The position numbers and the translations under genes were made by a program. Positions 9,635 to 18,880 of a stretch of DNA of 48,005 nt are shown one piece after another (the stretch's first letter is position 1; every line of letters starts with the position of its first letter). The stretch is taken from the NCBI GenBank assembly GCA_040878225.1, contig JBBDMR010000165.1, forward strand, positions 1 through 48,005, written 5' to 3'. Origin of the DNA: Acidimicrobiia bacterium (GTDB lineage: Bacteria > Actinomycetota > Acidimicrobiia > Spongiisociales > ZC4RG35). The notes under the pieces are model-generated. The model worked only from the letters and a program-made list of their open reading frames with translations. It had not been told where the DNA came from and did no database searches.

Positions 9635-10587
9635 CTCGATTCGCCATCTCGATGGGGTCGAATCTCGGTGACCGAATCGGACACTTGCGTTGGGCAATCG
9701 ACGAGCTCTCCGAAAGCGCCTCGATCGAGTCGATCTCGTCTCTATACGAGACCACTCCGGTGGGAGGGCCCGACCAAGGCCCCTACCTCAACGCAGTCGT
9801 CGTCCTCACGACCGAAACCGATGCCCATGGCCTGCTGGCCCTCCTGCACCAGATCGAGGCCGGGCGGGGGAGGAAACGAGACGTCCACTGGGGCCCGCGC
9901 ACCCTCGACCTCGACATCGTCGCCACAGACGGAGACCCGGTCGACGACGGCCCGGAACTGATCGTGCCCCATCCCCGAGCCGGCGAGCGTCGCTTTGTTC
10001 TCGAGCCACTCGCCGAGGTCTGGCCGGACGCTGATCTCGGCGGTGCCACCGCCGGTCATCGGCTCGCTCAACTCGAAGGACAGGAGGTCGACTACCTCGC
10101 TCGTGCATGGGTCACGGCCTCGCGCCGCGGTCGGATCTGGGTCGGGGCGCAACTGGTTGCCTTCGCATTGATTGGATTGGCCATCGTCTGGCAGGGCTCA
10201 CTCCCTGAGACGGTCACCCCATGGGGCGTCGGCGGGGCGATCTTGGCTGTGACCGGGGTGGGGTTGATGTTGTGGAGCGCGCGCAGTCTCGGGCGCAACC
10301 TAACAGCCCTTCCCGAGCCGGTGATGGCGGGTGAGCTGGTCACCTCTGGCCCGTACCGGTGGGTGCGACACCCGATGTACACAGCGGTATTTTTGTTGTT
10401 CCTGGGTGTCTCGTTCGTGTTCGACTCTCTAGCCGCGTTGCTTCTGTCCGCACTTCTCGTCGGCTTCTTTGCCTTGAAGTCACGCTATGAGGAGCGCCAA
10501 CTCCGGATCTCCTATCCGGGTTACGGCTCTTATCTCGAGCGGGTGCCCGGCCGATTCCTTCCTTCGCGTCCGCCAGACCACCAGTGA
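9631..10587 (+). CDS. folK: HPPK (FolK) fused to a C-terminal ICMT/PEMT-like membrane methyltransferase domain
   Basis: The N-terminal ~160 aa is HPPK ('SMGSNLGDR', 'GPRTLDLDIV', 'VPHPRAGERRFVLEPL'). The C-terminal ~150 aa has 4-5 TM segments and the motif 'GPYRWVRHPMYTAVFLLFLG ... RYEERQL', typical of isoprenylcysteine carboxyl methyltransferase-family proteins. Confidence 0.85.
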   Translation: MTRFAISMGSNLGDRIGHLRWAIDELSESASIESISSLYETTPVGGPDQGPYLNAVVVLTTETDAHGLLALLHQIEAGRGRKRDVHWGPRTLDLDIVATDGDPVDDGPELIVPHPRAGERRFVLEPLAEVWPDADLGGATAGHRLAQLEGQEVDYLARAWVTASRRGRIWVGAQLVAFALIGLAIVWQGSLPETVTPWGVGGAILAVTGVGLMLWSARSLGRNLTALPEPVMAGELVTSGPYRWVRHPMYTAVFLLFLGVSFVFDSLAALLLSALLVGFFALKSRYEERQLRISYPGYGSYLERVPGRFLPSRPPDHQ

Positions 10588-10705
10588 CCTTCGCCTCTAC
10601 CCGGATATTGCGTCTCGTGCTAGCTTTGGAATATGCGAAGAGGCCGCGGCCCGCCGACGCTCCTTCTGCGAACTGATTAGATCAGAACACAGGAGGTTCA
10701 TTTCG

Positions 10706-11047
10706 ATGGCCAAACGGTCCCGCAAAAATCGCAACCAGATTCCCGGCTACGACGAAAGTCGCCCATCGCGTGACGAGCGCAGACAGGAGCACCGTCGGGT
10801 ACGCCATGCCGCACATCAGATGCTGCACATGGTCGATGACCCCGAGGAAGTCGTGGCGCTGCCTGAGGTACGTCGGAGCAGGACACCCGATGTTCTGCCA
10901 GTGACCGACACGCCCTCCAAGCACCGCTTTCGAGTCTGGAAGACAAAGTTTTGGAAGCGGCGGGACCGTTATCAAGACATGAAGGCGGATCTCGATTCGA
11001 ATTGGCCGGTGATCACCTCCGAGCAGCTGCGTCACCACCAGCCCTAA
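10706..11047 (+). CDS. Highly basic hypothetical protein
   Basis: ATG at 10706 is preceded by AGGAGG at 10691-10696. The upstream part of the track ORF (10487-) overlaps folK. No recognisable domain. Confidence 0.5.
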   Translation: MAKRSRKNRNQIPGYDESRPSRDERRQEHRRVRHAAHQMLHMVDDPEEVVALPEVRRSRTPDVLPVTDTPSKHRFRVWKTKFWKRRDRYQDMKADLDSNWPVITSEQLRHHQP

Positions 11048-11094
11048 ATAGCCAAACACCCCGACCGCTACCCTGCGCATGTGACAGGTAACCA

Positions 11095-11886
11095 ATGCGG
11101 TTGGTGATCGTCGGCCCCGGACGGGCCGGAGGATCGATCGCGCGAGCCGCTCGGGCCGCCGACCACGAAATCGTCGGCGTCGTGTCAAGGTCCGGCGACG
11201 AGCGTTTCGGGCCGCCGCTGGCCATCGAAGAATCCTTGCCACCGGCCGACCTGGTCCTGATCTGCGTCAATGACGACCAGATCGAACCGGTTGCGACATC
11301 GATGGCGGGCGAGCTCGGGGAAATTCCGGTGGTTGCCCACGTCTCCGGATTCGTCCCGGTCACGGCGCTCAAGCCCCTGGCGTCTCCTGGCGTCTCACTC
11401 GGTGGGTTCCACCCGCTTCAGACCCTCCCCGACCCCGAACGCGGCGCGGCGGCGCTCGCCGATTCCTACGCAGGCATCGGTGGTGACGAGCTTGCCGAAG
11501 ACACGCTGATCCATTTCGCCATCTCGCTCGGTATGAAGCCATTTGCCCTCGATGACGCAGTCAGGCCGCTCTATCACGCCGCGTCGGCGGCAGCGGCGAA
11601 CTTCGTTGCAACTGCATTGGCCACCGCCTCTGACCTCTACGAAGCTGCAGGTATCGAACCGTCGGTCGCCGCGCCGCTCGTGTCCAGGGTTGTCGACAAC
11701 GTATTCGAGTCGGGGGGTCGTCAGTCTCTCACCGGGCCGATTTCCAGAGGCGACACCGACACGGTGATCGGGCATCTGGTGGCGGCCCACCAGGTTTCGG
11801 AGTCGGTCGGCAAGCAGTTTCGCCTCATGGCTGAGGCAACTGCGATACTTGCGGGCCGTTTCAACGAGGTGAAAGATTGGAAATAA
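11095..11886 (+). CDS. Rossmann-fold oxidoreductase with DUF2520-like C-terminal domain; possible PanG-type ketopantoate reductase
   Basis: N-terminal 'LVIVGPGRAGGSIA' dinucleotide-binding loop and 'GFHPLQT'/'LTGPISRGD' motifs. Overlaps the panC start. The PanG assignment is recalled from subsystem annotations and was not verified. Confidence 0.65.
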   Translation: MRLVIVGPGRAGGSIARAARAADHEIVGVVSRSGDERFGPPLAIEESLPPADLVLICVNDDQIEPVATSMAGELGEIPVVAHVSGFVPVTALKPLASPGVSLGGFHPLQTLPDPERGAAALADSYAGIGGDELAEDTLIHFAISLGMKPFALDDAVRPLYHAASAAAANFVATALATASDLYEAAGIEPSVAAPLVSRVVDNVFESGGRQSLTGPISRGDTDTVIGHLVAAHQVSESVGKQFRLMAEATAILAGRFNEVKDWK

Positions 11887-12764
11887 CGGAGACCTTCGCC
11901 GATACCAGGGCGCTCTATAAAGGGCGGATCGGGCTGCTCCCGACAATGGGATATTTCCACGAAGGCCATCTCTCATTGATCGACCTGCTCCGGAAGCAAT
12001 GCGACACACTGGTTGTTTCCAACTTTGTGAACCCGACACAATTCGACAAGGAGGCCGATCTCGTCGCCTACCCCCGGGATGTCGACCGTGACGGTGAGAT
12101 GGCGGCCGAGCATGGAACTGACATCCACTTCGTCCCTTCGGTCGAGGAGGTCTATCCGCCCGGCTCGTCGACCGAGGTGACCGTTGGAGCGGTCGCATTG
12201 GGGATGGAGGGAAAGTACCGCCCTTCGCATTTCGTCGGCGTGGCAACGGTCGTCGCCAAGTTATTTGCAGGACTCCGCCCCGATGTTGCAGTCTTCGGCA
12301 AGAAGGACGCCCAGCAAATTGCAGTCTTGAAGGGGATGGTCACCGATCTTCGCTTTCCGGTCGAAATCGTTGCGGCCCCCCTTGTGCGCGACCCGGACGG
12401 GTTGGCTCTCTCCAGTCGCAACGTCCGACTCACCCCTACCGACAGGGAGGCGGCACTGGCCATGAGCCGGGGCCTGTTCCAGGCGGCAATGCAAATCGAA
12501 GCAGGGGAGAGGGATCCGGCCCGCCTCGAAAGAACGGTGTCACGCTCGATGGCCAAGCTAGGCACCGACTATGTGGAGCTGGTGGCGGCCGACACCATGG
12601 AGCCAATACCCGTGCTCGATGGCCCGGCGGTGCTCGCGGTGGCCGCCCACGTCGGCCAGGTTCGCCTGATCGACAACCTCTCCATCGAGTGGGACAACGG
12701 CAAAGCAAAACCCGATCGGGGCATGATTCTCGAAGAGCCGAGCCGTCTCGGTACGCTGCACTGA
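11877..12764 (+). CDS. panC: Pantoate--beta-alanine ligase
   Basis: Contains 'LPTMGYFHEGHLSLI', 'FVNPTQF' and 'FGKKDAQQ'. Confidence 0.92.
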   Translation: MEITETFADTRALYKGRIGLLPTMGYFHEGHLSLIDLLRKQCDTLVVSNFVNPTQFDKEADLVAYPRDVDRDGEMAAEHGTDIHFVPSVEEVYPPGSSTEVTVGAVALGMEGKYRPSHFVGVATVVAKLFAGLRPDVAVFGKKDAQQIAVLKGMVTDLRFPVEIVAAPLVRDPDGLALSSRNVRLTPTDREAALAMSRGLFQAAMQIEAGERDPARLERTVSRSMAKLGTDYVELVAADTMEPIPVLDGPAVLAVAAHVGQVRLIDNLSIEWDNGKAKPDRGMILEEPSRLGTLH

Positions 12765-12782
12765 CCGCCAGTTAGGGACCTC

Positions 12783-14273
12783 TTGACCGAAGCAAACGAA
12801 CCACCAGACGCCCTGCAGGCGACGCGCCAGGAGCACCACCAGGAGATCCTCGCCGGAGCAGGCTATCCGACAAGATTCGTGCGCTCAGCTTGGGCATCCG
12901 ACCTCCACGAGAAGTTCCAAGGGCTCGAGCCCGGGACCCACACCGAAGAGCAGGTAGCCGTTGCAGGACGGGTGATGCTGCACCGCTCTTTTGGCAAGCT
13001 CCAGTTCGCCACCATCAGGGACATGACCGGGACCATCCAACTGTTCGTCGACCGCGGCCACATCGGAGACGACCTCGCCGCCGAGTTCGGGCGGCTCGAC
13101 CTCGGCGACTGGGTGGGGGCATCGGGAACTGTGATGACCACGAGGAAGGGCGAGCTCAGCGTACAAGTCGATGAGTTCGTCATCCTTCAGAAGAGCCTGC
13201 GGCCGCTTCCGGACAAGTTTCATGGACTCCAGGACGTCGAACAGCGGAGCCGGCGGCGGTACCTCGACCTGATGGTCAATGACGATGCATTCGAAACCGC
13301 CATGACCCGGGCCCGGGTGCTGTCCGAACTGCGAAGAGAGTTCGAGAACCGCGGCTTCATCGAAGTGGAGACGCCGGTGCTGCTCTCCCAGGCGACGGGT
13401 GCGAATGCGAGGCCATTCGCCACCCGGCATGAGGCGCTTGATATGGAGATGTTCCTCCGAATCGCAACGGAGCTGCATCTGAAACGGCTGGTCATAGGAG
13501 GCATCGAGCGGGTGTTCGAGATCGGGAGGATCTTCAGGAACGAAGGCATCGATGCCACCCACAATCCCGAGTTCACCATGCTCGAGGCCTATCAGGCCCT
13601 TGCCGACTACAACGACATCATGGTGTTGGTCGAGGATGTCGTCTCCTCGGTGGCGGTCAAGGTGACCGGGTCGGAGACGATCACCTATCGCGACCGCGAG
13701 TTGTCGCTGTCCGCCCCGTTCCGTCGGGCGACGCTCGTCGACCTGGTGTCGGAGGTGGTGGGAGAGCCCGTCGACCTCGACACCCCGGTCGGGCGCCTCA
13801 TCGAAATCGCCGGAGAGAAAGGTGTGCCCCTCGAATCGGATTGGACACCGGGACGGGTCCTCCTCGAGCTCTACGAAGAGTTGGTCGAGCCGACCATCTG
13901 GGAGCCGACGTTCGTAACCCACCAGCCGGTGGAGGTCTCACCGCTTTCACGGCGGAACCAAAACGACCCCCGGCTCGCCGACCGCTTCGAGCTGGTCATC
14001 GCAGGCTCCGAATACGCAAATGCTTTCAGCGAGCTCAACGACGCCGACGACCAGCTGAGCCGGTTCGAGGCACAGGCCCGCGCCCGACTCGCCGGCGACG
14101 ATGAGGCCCACCCGGTCGACACCGACTACATAGAAGCCCTCGAATACGGCCTGCCCCCAACCGGCGGCCTGGGTATCGGAGTCGATCGCCTGGTGATGCT
14201 CCTGACCAATCAAACCCACATCAGAGAGGTAATCCTCTTCCCCACAATGCGAGCTGTTCCCCCAGAGACCTAG
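12783..14273 (+). CDS. lysS: Lysine--tRNA ligase (class II)
   Basis: OB-fold N-terminal domain, class II motifs ('FRNEGID..HNPEFTMLE', 'GLGIGVDRLVMLL'). The last ~7 codons lie inside repeat copy A. Confidence 0.95.
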   Translation: MTEANEPPDALQATRQEHHQEILAGAGYPTRFVRSAWASDLHEKFQGLEPGTHTEEQVAVAGRVMLHRSFGKLQFATIRDMTGTIQLFVDRGHIGDDLAAEFGRLDLGDWVGASGTVMTTRKGELSVQVDEFVILQKSLRPLPDKFHGLQDVEQRSRRRYLDLMVNDDAFETAMTRARVLSELRREFENRGFIEVETPVLLSQATGANARPFATRHEALDMEMFLRIATELHLKRLVIGGIERVFEIGRIFRNEGIDATHNPEFTMLEAYQALADYNDIMVLVEDVVSSVAVKVTGSETITYRDRELSLSAPFRRATLVDLVSEVVGEPVDLDTPVGRLIEIAGEKGVPLESDWTPGRVLLELYEELVEPTIWEPTFVTHQPVEVSPLSRRNQNDPRLADRFELVIAGSEYANAFSELNDADDQLSRFEAQARARLAGDDEAHPVDTDYIEALEYGLPPTGGLGIGVDRLVMLLTNQTHIREVILFPTMRAVPPET

Positions 14274-14510
14274 CGACCGGAGGGAGCGGCTGTTCCCCCA
14301 GAGACGAAGTCGAATGGGGGAAAGGTCCCTGCGCCCGACGAAGGAGGGCGGAGGTAAGGGGGACTGAGACTCTCCAAGTTGAGATCTAGCGCGCCAGGGC
14401 GCACCCCGAGCACCGTTGGTGGGATCGCCCCACCCTCCCCTCCGACCTAAAGGTCGGAGGTACTCCCTCCGCAAGCGGAGGGAGAGTTGCAAGCGGAGGG
14501 AGAGCGTCGC
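14251..14510. repeat. Mosaic hairpin-rich intergenic repeat, copy A
   Basis: Shares conserved blocks with 43078-43400, including an identical 34-nt core 'ggtaagggggactgagactctccaagttgagatc' (14353-14386), 'agggagcggctgttccccc', 'gaagtcgaa.gggggaaaggtc' and 'ctccctccgcaagcggagggagagt'. Lies between the convergent genes lysS and the polyprenyl synthase. Confidence 0.85.
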
Positions 14511-14525
14511 ATGATGCAGGTGGGC

Positions 14526-15515
14526 TCAGTCCCGGGCGCGTTCTACACGGGCTAGTAGGTAGGTGCCTAGCTCGGTCAGGATCTCGTGGGCGGGGCCCGG
14601 CTCGATGGATTCGAGGGCTGCCTCGGCTTTGGTGAGGCGGTCGGTGGCTGCGGTCAGGGCGTTTTCGATGTGGCCGCCCCGGCGGACCAGGGAAATGACT
14701 TCGGTGACTGTGTCGTCGTCGTAGGGGATGCCGGGCTTCAGAAGTTCCCGCACCCGTTCCCCATCAGGGCCCGCCGCTGCGGCCAGCACCGGCATGGTGA
14801 ATGTCCCCTCCCTGATGTCGGAGCCGGCTGGCTTGCCGATCGTGGACTCGTCGGCGACGAGGTCGAGGGCGTCGTCGGCGATCTGAAAGACCATCCCCAC
14901 TTCCCAACCCCAGGTCGAAAGGGCCTCGACCGTCTCGGGTGGGGCTTCTGCGGCCATCGCCCCGAGCCGGGCCGACGTCCGCACCAGGGAGGCGGTCTTC
15001 CCGCCGATCACTTTCTCGTAGTCGTCGAAGCCGTGGGTGAAGTCGCCTTCGAGCTGAAGCTCACGGGTCTGGCCCTCTACGAGTTCGGCGTAGGTGGCGG
15101 CGAGGAGACGGACCGACTCCTGGCTGAGATGGGTCGCAGCCACCTCCGAGGCTCGGGCCATAAGGAAGTCGCCGGCGAGAATGGCCACGGTGTTGGACCA
15201 GTTGGCATTGACCGACGCGGCCCCGCGCCGGGTATCGGATTCGTCGATCACGTCGTCGTGGTAGAGCGAGCCGACATGAATCAACTCGACTGACACCGCC
15301 GCTTCGACGGGCCGGCCGTCGCCCCGCGGCCCGAATTCGGCGGCCAGAAGAGCGAGAAGGGGCCGGAACCTCTTCCCGCCTGCGAGCAGAAGGTGCTGAG
15401 CGATCTTGGTGAGGTAGGCGTCGTCCGCGGTGGCTGCCTCCAGCAGCCTCTCCTCGACCGAGGCGAGAGAGTCCCAGATTCGAGGAATGCGAATGATGCT
15501 TTGGAGGTCGTCCAT
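14526..15515 (-). CDS. Polyprenyl diphosphate synthase (trans-IPPS family)
   Basis: Two Asp-rich motifs, 'LYHDDVIDE' and 'FQIADDALD'. Chain length cannot be judged by eye. Confidence 0.9.
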   Translation of the reverse strand: MDDLQSIIRIPRIWDSLASVEERLLEAATADDAYLTKIAQHLLLAGGKRFRPLLALLAAEFGPRGDGRPVEAAVSVELIHVGSLYHDDVIDESDTRRGAASVNANWSNTVAILAGDFLMARASEVAATHLSQESVRLLAATYAELVEGQTRELQLEGDFTHGFDDYEKVIGGKTASLVRTSARLGAMAAEAPPETVEALSTWGWEVGMVFQIADDALDLVADESTIGKPAGSDIREGTFTMPVLAAAAGPDGERVRELLKPGIPYDDDTVTEVISLVRRGGHIENALTAATDRLTKAEAALESIEPGPAHEILTELGTYLLARVERARD

Positions 15516-15617
15516 TGCTGCCGATGGTATTACGTTGTGAGTCAGAGCAGGATTCAGGTCAGTTGGGAAAGATACGGTCGATGGTAAACTCGGGTATGCC
15601 AGGCATAGGAGTTGAAG

Positions 15618-18110
15618 GTGTTTGAACGGTTCACCGACCGTGCCCGCCGTGTGGTCGTCCTGGCCCAGGAAGAGGCTCGGTTACTAAATCACAATTACAT
15701 AGGGACCGAGCACATTCTCCTCGGTTTGCTCAACGAGGGCGAGGGCATCGCCGCCCAGGCGCTCGAGAGCCTCGACATCGATCTCGCTTCGGTCCGCGAG
15801 GAAGTCGTCAAGATCATCGGTCAGGGGAAGCAGTCGCCGTCAGGTCACATTCCGTTCACGCCCCGCGCCAAGAAAGTCCTCGAGCTCAGTCTCCGCGAAG
15901 CGCTCCAGCTCGGACACAACTACATCGGAACCGAGCACATCCTCCTCGGTCTGATCCGGGAGGGCGAAGGTGTTGCCGCACAGGTCCTCCAGCAGCTCGG
16001 CGCCGAGCTCCAGAAGGTTCGCCAGACAGTAATCCAGCTTCTCTCCGGCCCTGGTGGCAGTGAGGAGCAAGGGCCGCAGCCCGCCGGGGCCAGCGGCCGC
16101 GAAGCTTCATCGTCAGGATCGACGGTCCTCGACCAGTTCGGCCGCAACCTCACCGGTCTTGCCCGGGAAGGAAAACTCGACCCGGTGATCGGACGTCAGC
16201 GTGAGATCGAGCGCGTCATGCAGATCCTCTCCCGTCGGACCAAGAACAACCCTGTCCTCATTGGAGAGCCAGGCGTCGGCAAGACTGCGATCGTCGAGGG
16301 CCTCGCTCAGAAGATCATCGCCAAAGAAGTGCCCGAGAACCTAGATGGCAAGAGCCTCTACACGCTAGACCTCGGCGCCCTTGTCGCCGGGTCGCGCTAC
16401 CGGGGTGATTTCGAGGAGCGCCTGAAGAAGGTCCTCAAGGAGATCAAGAACCGGGGCGACATCATCCTCTTCATCGACGAGATCCATACACTGGTCGGGG
16501 CCGGGGCTGCAGAAGGCGCTATCGACGCTGCCTCCATTCTCAAGCCGATGCTCGCCCGCGGTGAGCTGCAGACAGTCGGGGCCACCACTCTCGAGGAGTA
16601 CCGCAAGTACCTGGAGAAGGATTCCGCCCTCGAGCGCCGCTTCCAACCGGTGCAGGTGGAGGAGCCGTCCGTTGCCGACACGATCCAGATCTTGCTCGGC
16701 CTGAAGGACCGCTACGAAGCCCACCACTCGGTGCGCTTCACCGACCAGGCAATCGTCTCGGCGGCCAACCTCGCCGACCGGTACCTCGCCGACCGCTTCC
16801 TCCCGGACAAGGCAATCGACCTAATCGACGAGGCAGGTTCCCGCACCCGGATCCACCGCCCCAGCGACGACCCCGAGATCCTCGAGCTCGACGTACAACT
16901 GTCCTCGGTCCGCCTCGACAAACAGGATGCCGTGGGCACCGAGAACTACGAACGTGCAGCGAGCCTGCGCGACCAGGAGCGCACGCTCCTCGCCGAGCGC
17001 GCCGACCGCGAAGCTGCAAACGCCGAGGGTGGATGGGTGATCGACGAAGAGGGAATCGCAGAAGTTCTCGCCCAGTGGACGGGCATCCCGGTTCACCGCC
17101 TCACCGACGAGGAGACAGCCCGCCTCATCCACATGGAGTCGGAGCTGCACAAGAGGATTATCGGACAACACGATGCTATCGAGGCCGTGTCCAAGGCGAT
17201 CCGCCGCACCCGGGCCGGGCTCAAGGACCCGCGCCGGCCGGCCGGCTCTTTCATCTTCCTCGGTCCGTCGGGAGTCGGCAAGACCGAGACCGCCAAGGCA
17301 TTGACCGAGTTCCTGTTCGGTCAGGAAGACGCCCTCATCCAGCTCGACATGTCCGAGTACATGGAGAAGCACACCGTCAGCCGTCTGGTGGGCTCACCTC
17401 CCGGATACGTCGGTTACGACGAAGGTGGACAGCTCACCGAAGCGGTGCGCCGCAAGCCCTTCTCGGTCGTTCTCTTTGACGAGATCGAAAAGGCCCACCC
17501 GGATGTGTTCAACACCCTCCTCCAGATTCTCGAAGAAGGGCGTCTCACCGATGCCCAGGGACGGATGGTCGACTTCAAGAACACCGTGATCATCATGACC
17601 TCGAACCTGGGGACCAGAGACCTTCACAAGAAGGCCGTCGGTTTCCATGCCAGTGACGACGAGATGGACTACGAATACATGAAGGAAAAGGTCACCGACG
17701 AGCTGAAGAAGCACTTCCGCCCCGAGTTCATCAACCGCATCGACGACATCATCGTCTTCCATGAGCTCGAAATGGCTGAGTTGAAGGAGATCGTCGACCT
17801 GATGCTGGCCCGGGTCAGGACCCAGCTGATGACACAGAAGCTCGACCTCGTGCTCACCGATGACGCCAAGGAACACCTCGGAAAGCAGGGCTATGACCCC
17901 GAAATGGGGGCGAGGCCGCTTCGCCGTGCCATCCAGAGGCTCCTCGAAGACCCGCTTTCGGAGCGGGTGTTGCTCGGCGAGTTCAAAGCCGGCTCGACGA
18001 TTCTGGTCGGTTTCGACACCGCAAATGAAGAGCTCACCTTCGAATCGTTCAATCCGACGGACACCCCACCGGTAGAACTGGCCGGTACCGAAGGGTCCGG
18101 AACAGCTTAA
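15618..18110 (+). CDS. clpC: ATP-dependent Clp protease ATP-binding subunit ClpC
   Basis: Canonical '[21 protein letters not shown]' N-terminus if GTG 15618 is used (AGGAG 6 nt upstream). Duplicated Clp-N repeats and two AAA+ modules ('GEPGVGKT', 'GPSGVGKT'). The track ORF starts 2 codons earlier at TTG 15612. Confidence 0.95.
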   Translation: MFERFTDRARRVVVLAQEEARLLNHNYIGTEHILLGLLNEGEGIAAQALESLDIDLASVREEVVKIIGQGKQSPSGHIPFTPRAKKVLELSLREALQLGHNYIGTEHILLGLIREGEGVAAQVLQQLGAELQKVRQTVIQLLSGPGGSEEQGPQPAGASGREASSSGSTVLDQFGRNLTGLAREGKLDPVIGRQREIERVMQILSRRTKNNPVLIGEPGVGKTAIVEGLAQKIIAKEVPENLDGKSLYTLDLGALVAGSRYRGDFEERLKKVLKEIKNRGDIILFIDEIHTLVGAGAAEGAIDAASILKPMLARGELQTVGATTLEEYRKYLEKDSALERRFQPVQVEEPSVADTIQILLGLKDRYEAHHSVRFTDQAIVSAANLADRYLADRFLPDKAIDLIDEAGSRTRIHRPSDDPEILELDVQLSSVRLDKQDAVGTENYERAASLRDQERTLLAERADREAANAEGGWVIDEEGIAEVLAQWTGIPVHRLTDEETARLIHMESELHKRIIGQHDAIEAVSKAIRRTRAGLKDPRRPAGSFIFLGPSGVGKTETAKALTEFLFGQEDALIQLDMSEYMEKHTVSRLVGSPPGYVGYDEGGQLTEAVRRKPFSVVLFDEIEKAHPDVFNTLLQILEEGRLTDAQGRMVDFKNTVIIMTSNLGTRDLHKKAVGFHASDDEMDYEYMKEKVTDELKKHFRPEFINRIDDIIVFHELEMAELKEIVDLMLARVRTQLMTQKLDLVLTDDAKEHLGKQGYDPEMGARPLRRAIQRLLEDPLSERVLLGEFKAGSTILVGFDTANEELTFESFNPTDTPPVELAGTEGSGTA

Positions 18111-18150
18111 GGCTGGCCGCCTAACGGCCGAATAGACATGAGCAACAAGA

Positions 18151-18807
18151 TTGTCCATGTTTATTCTCTCCCTCGTCTTCGCCCTTTCCGTGGCCGGCTC
18201 GCCCGCCGCAACCGAACTCGTCCCTGCGGGTGAAGAGGCCCTCACCTTCGACCTGGTCATCGACGGCTACAAGAACGGCTACATGACAAGAGAGCGTCTG
18301 ATGACGTTCAACGGCTGCACCCTGGAACGGGACGCTGCATACACCTATGCCCTCTTGATGGAGGCCGCCGCGATCGACGGGGTGTTCCTGGCCCCGATCG
18401 ATTGTTACCGCACCTTCAACGAGCAGAAGGGCGCCTACAACCGGCGCTGCCCGTACGTCGATACCGCCGTTTACGAACGCGACCCGATCACCGGCGACCA
18501 ATACGAAGTCGGTACCAAGTCAGTCCGAAACTGCACCGGGCCTCCCACGGCACGCGCCGGATACTCGAACCACGGTTGGGGTCGTGCAGTTGACTTCTCC
18601 GGCGGAAGCAGCACGCTTGGTTGCCGGGACCGGGGATTTATCTGGCTGCAGTCGAATGCTTCACGTTTTGGCTGGGTCCATCCCCCATGGGCGCACTGCG
18701 GGCGTGCCACTGCCGAGCCGTGGCACTGGGAGTACGCCAGTCTCATCGATGTGGACCTCCTCCCCACGGTCGGGATCAGTCTCGGCCTCGAAGGCATCCT
18801 CGAGTAA
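18151..18807 (+). CDS. Secreted peptidase M15 (VanY/D-Ala-D-Ala carboxypeptidase-like)
   Basis: Signal peptide, plus 'SNHGWGRAVDF' and 'EPWHWEY' metal-ligand motifs. Confidence 0.8.
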   Translation: MSMFILSLVFALSVAGSPAATELVPAGEEALTFDLVIDGYKNGYMTRERLMTFNGCTLERDAAYTYALLMEAAAIDGVFLAPIDCYRTFNEQKGAYNRRCPYVDTAVYERDPITGDQYEVGTKSVRNCTGPPTARAGYSNHGWGRAVDFSGGSSTLGCRDRGFIWLQSNASRFGWVHPPWAHCGRATAEPWHWEYASLIDVDLLPTVGISLGLEGILE

Positions 18808-18880
18808 ACAGCGGTGCTGGCGGCGTAAGCACCAGCGCCTTACTTCCGTGGCCATCGTCTCACGGTTAGCGTGACCGCCC

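Noticed and set aside
12885-13922. 345-aa - strand ORF, plus similar long antisense ORFs (4262-5197, 7650-8393, 17394-18260, 21171-22043, 24774-25589, 27358-28290, 37029-37967, 42270-43223, 43260-44252)
   Set aside because: Each lies opposite a gene with unambiguous family motifs (lysS, ftsH, folE/folP, clpC, BMP protein, permease, radA, antiporter, AI-2E, livF). They are low-complexity translations, i.e. high-GC shadow frames.
15595-15607. 13-nt palindrome TATGCC-A-GGCATA directly upstream of the clpC RBS as a ClgR/other operator
   Set aside because: It does not resemble the ClgR consensus as I recall it, and 6-bp arms are short. Without comparative data it may be a coincidental or minor mRNA hairpin.
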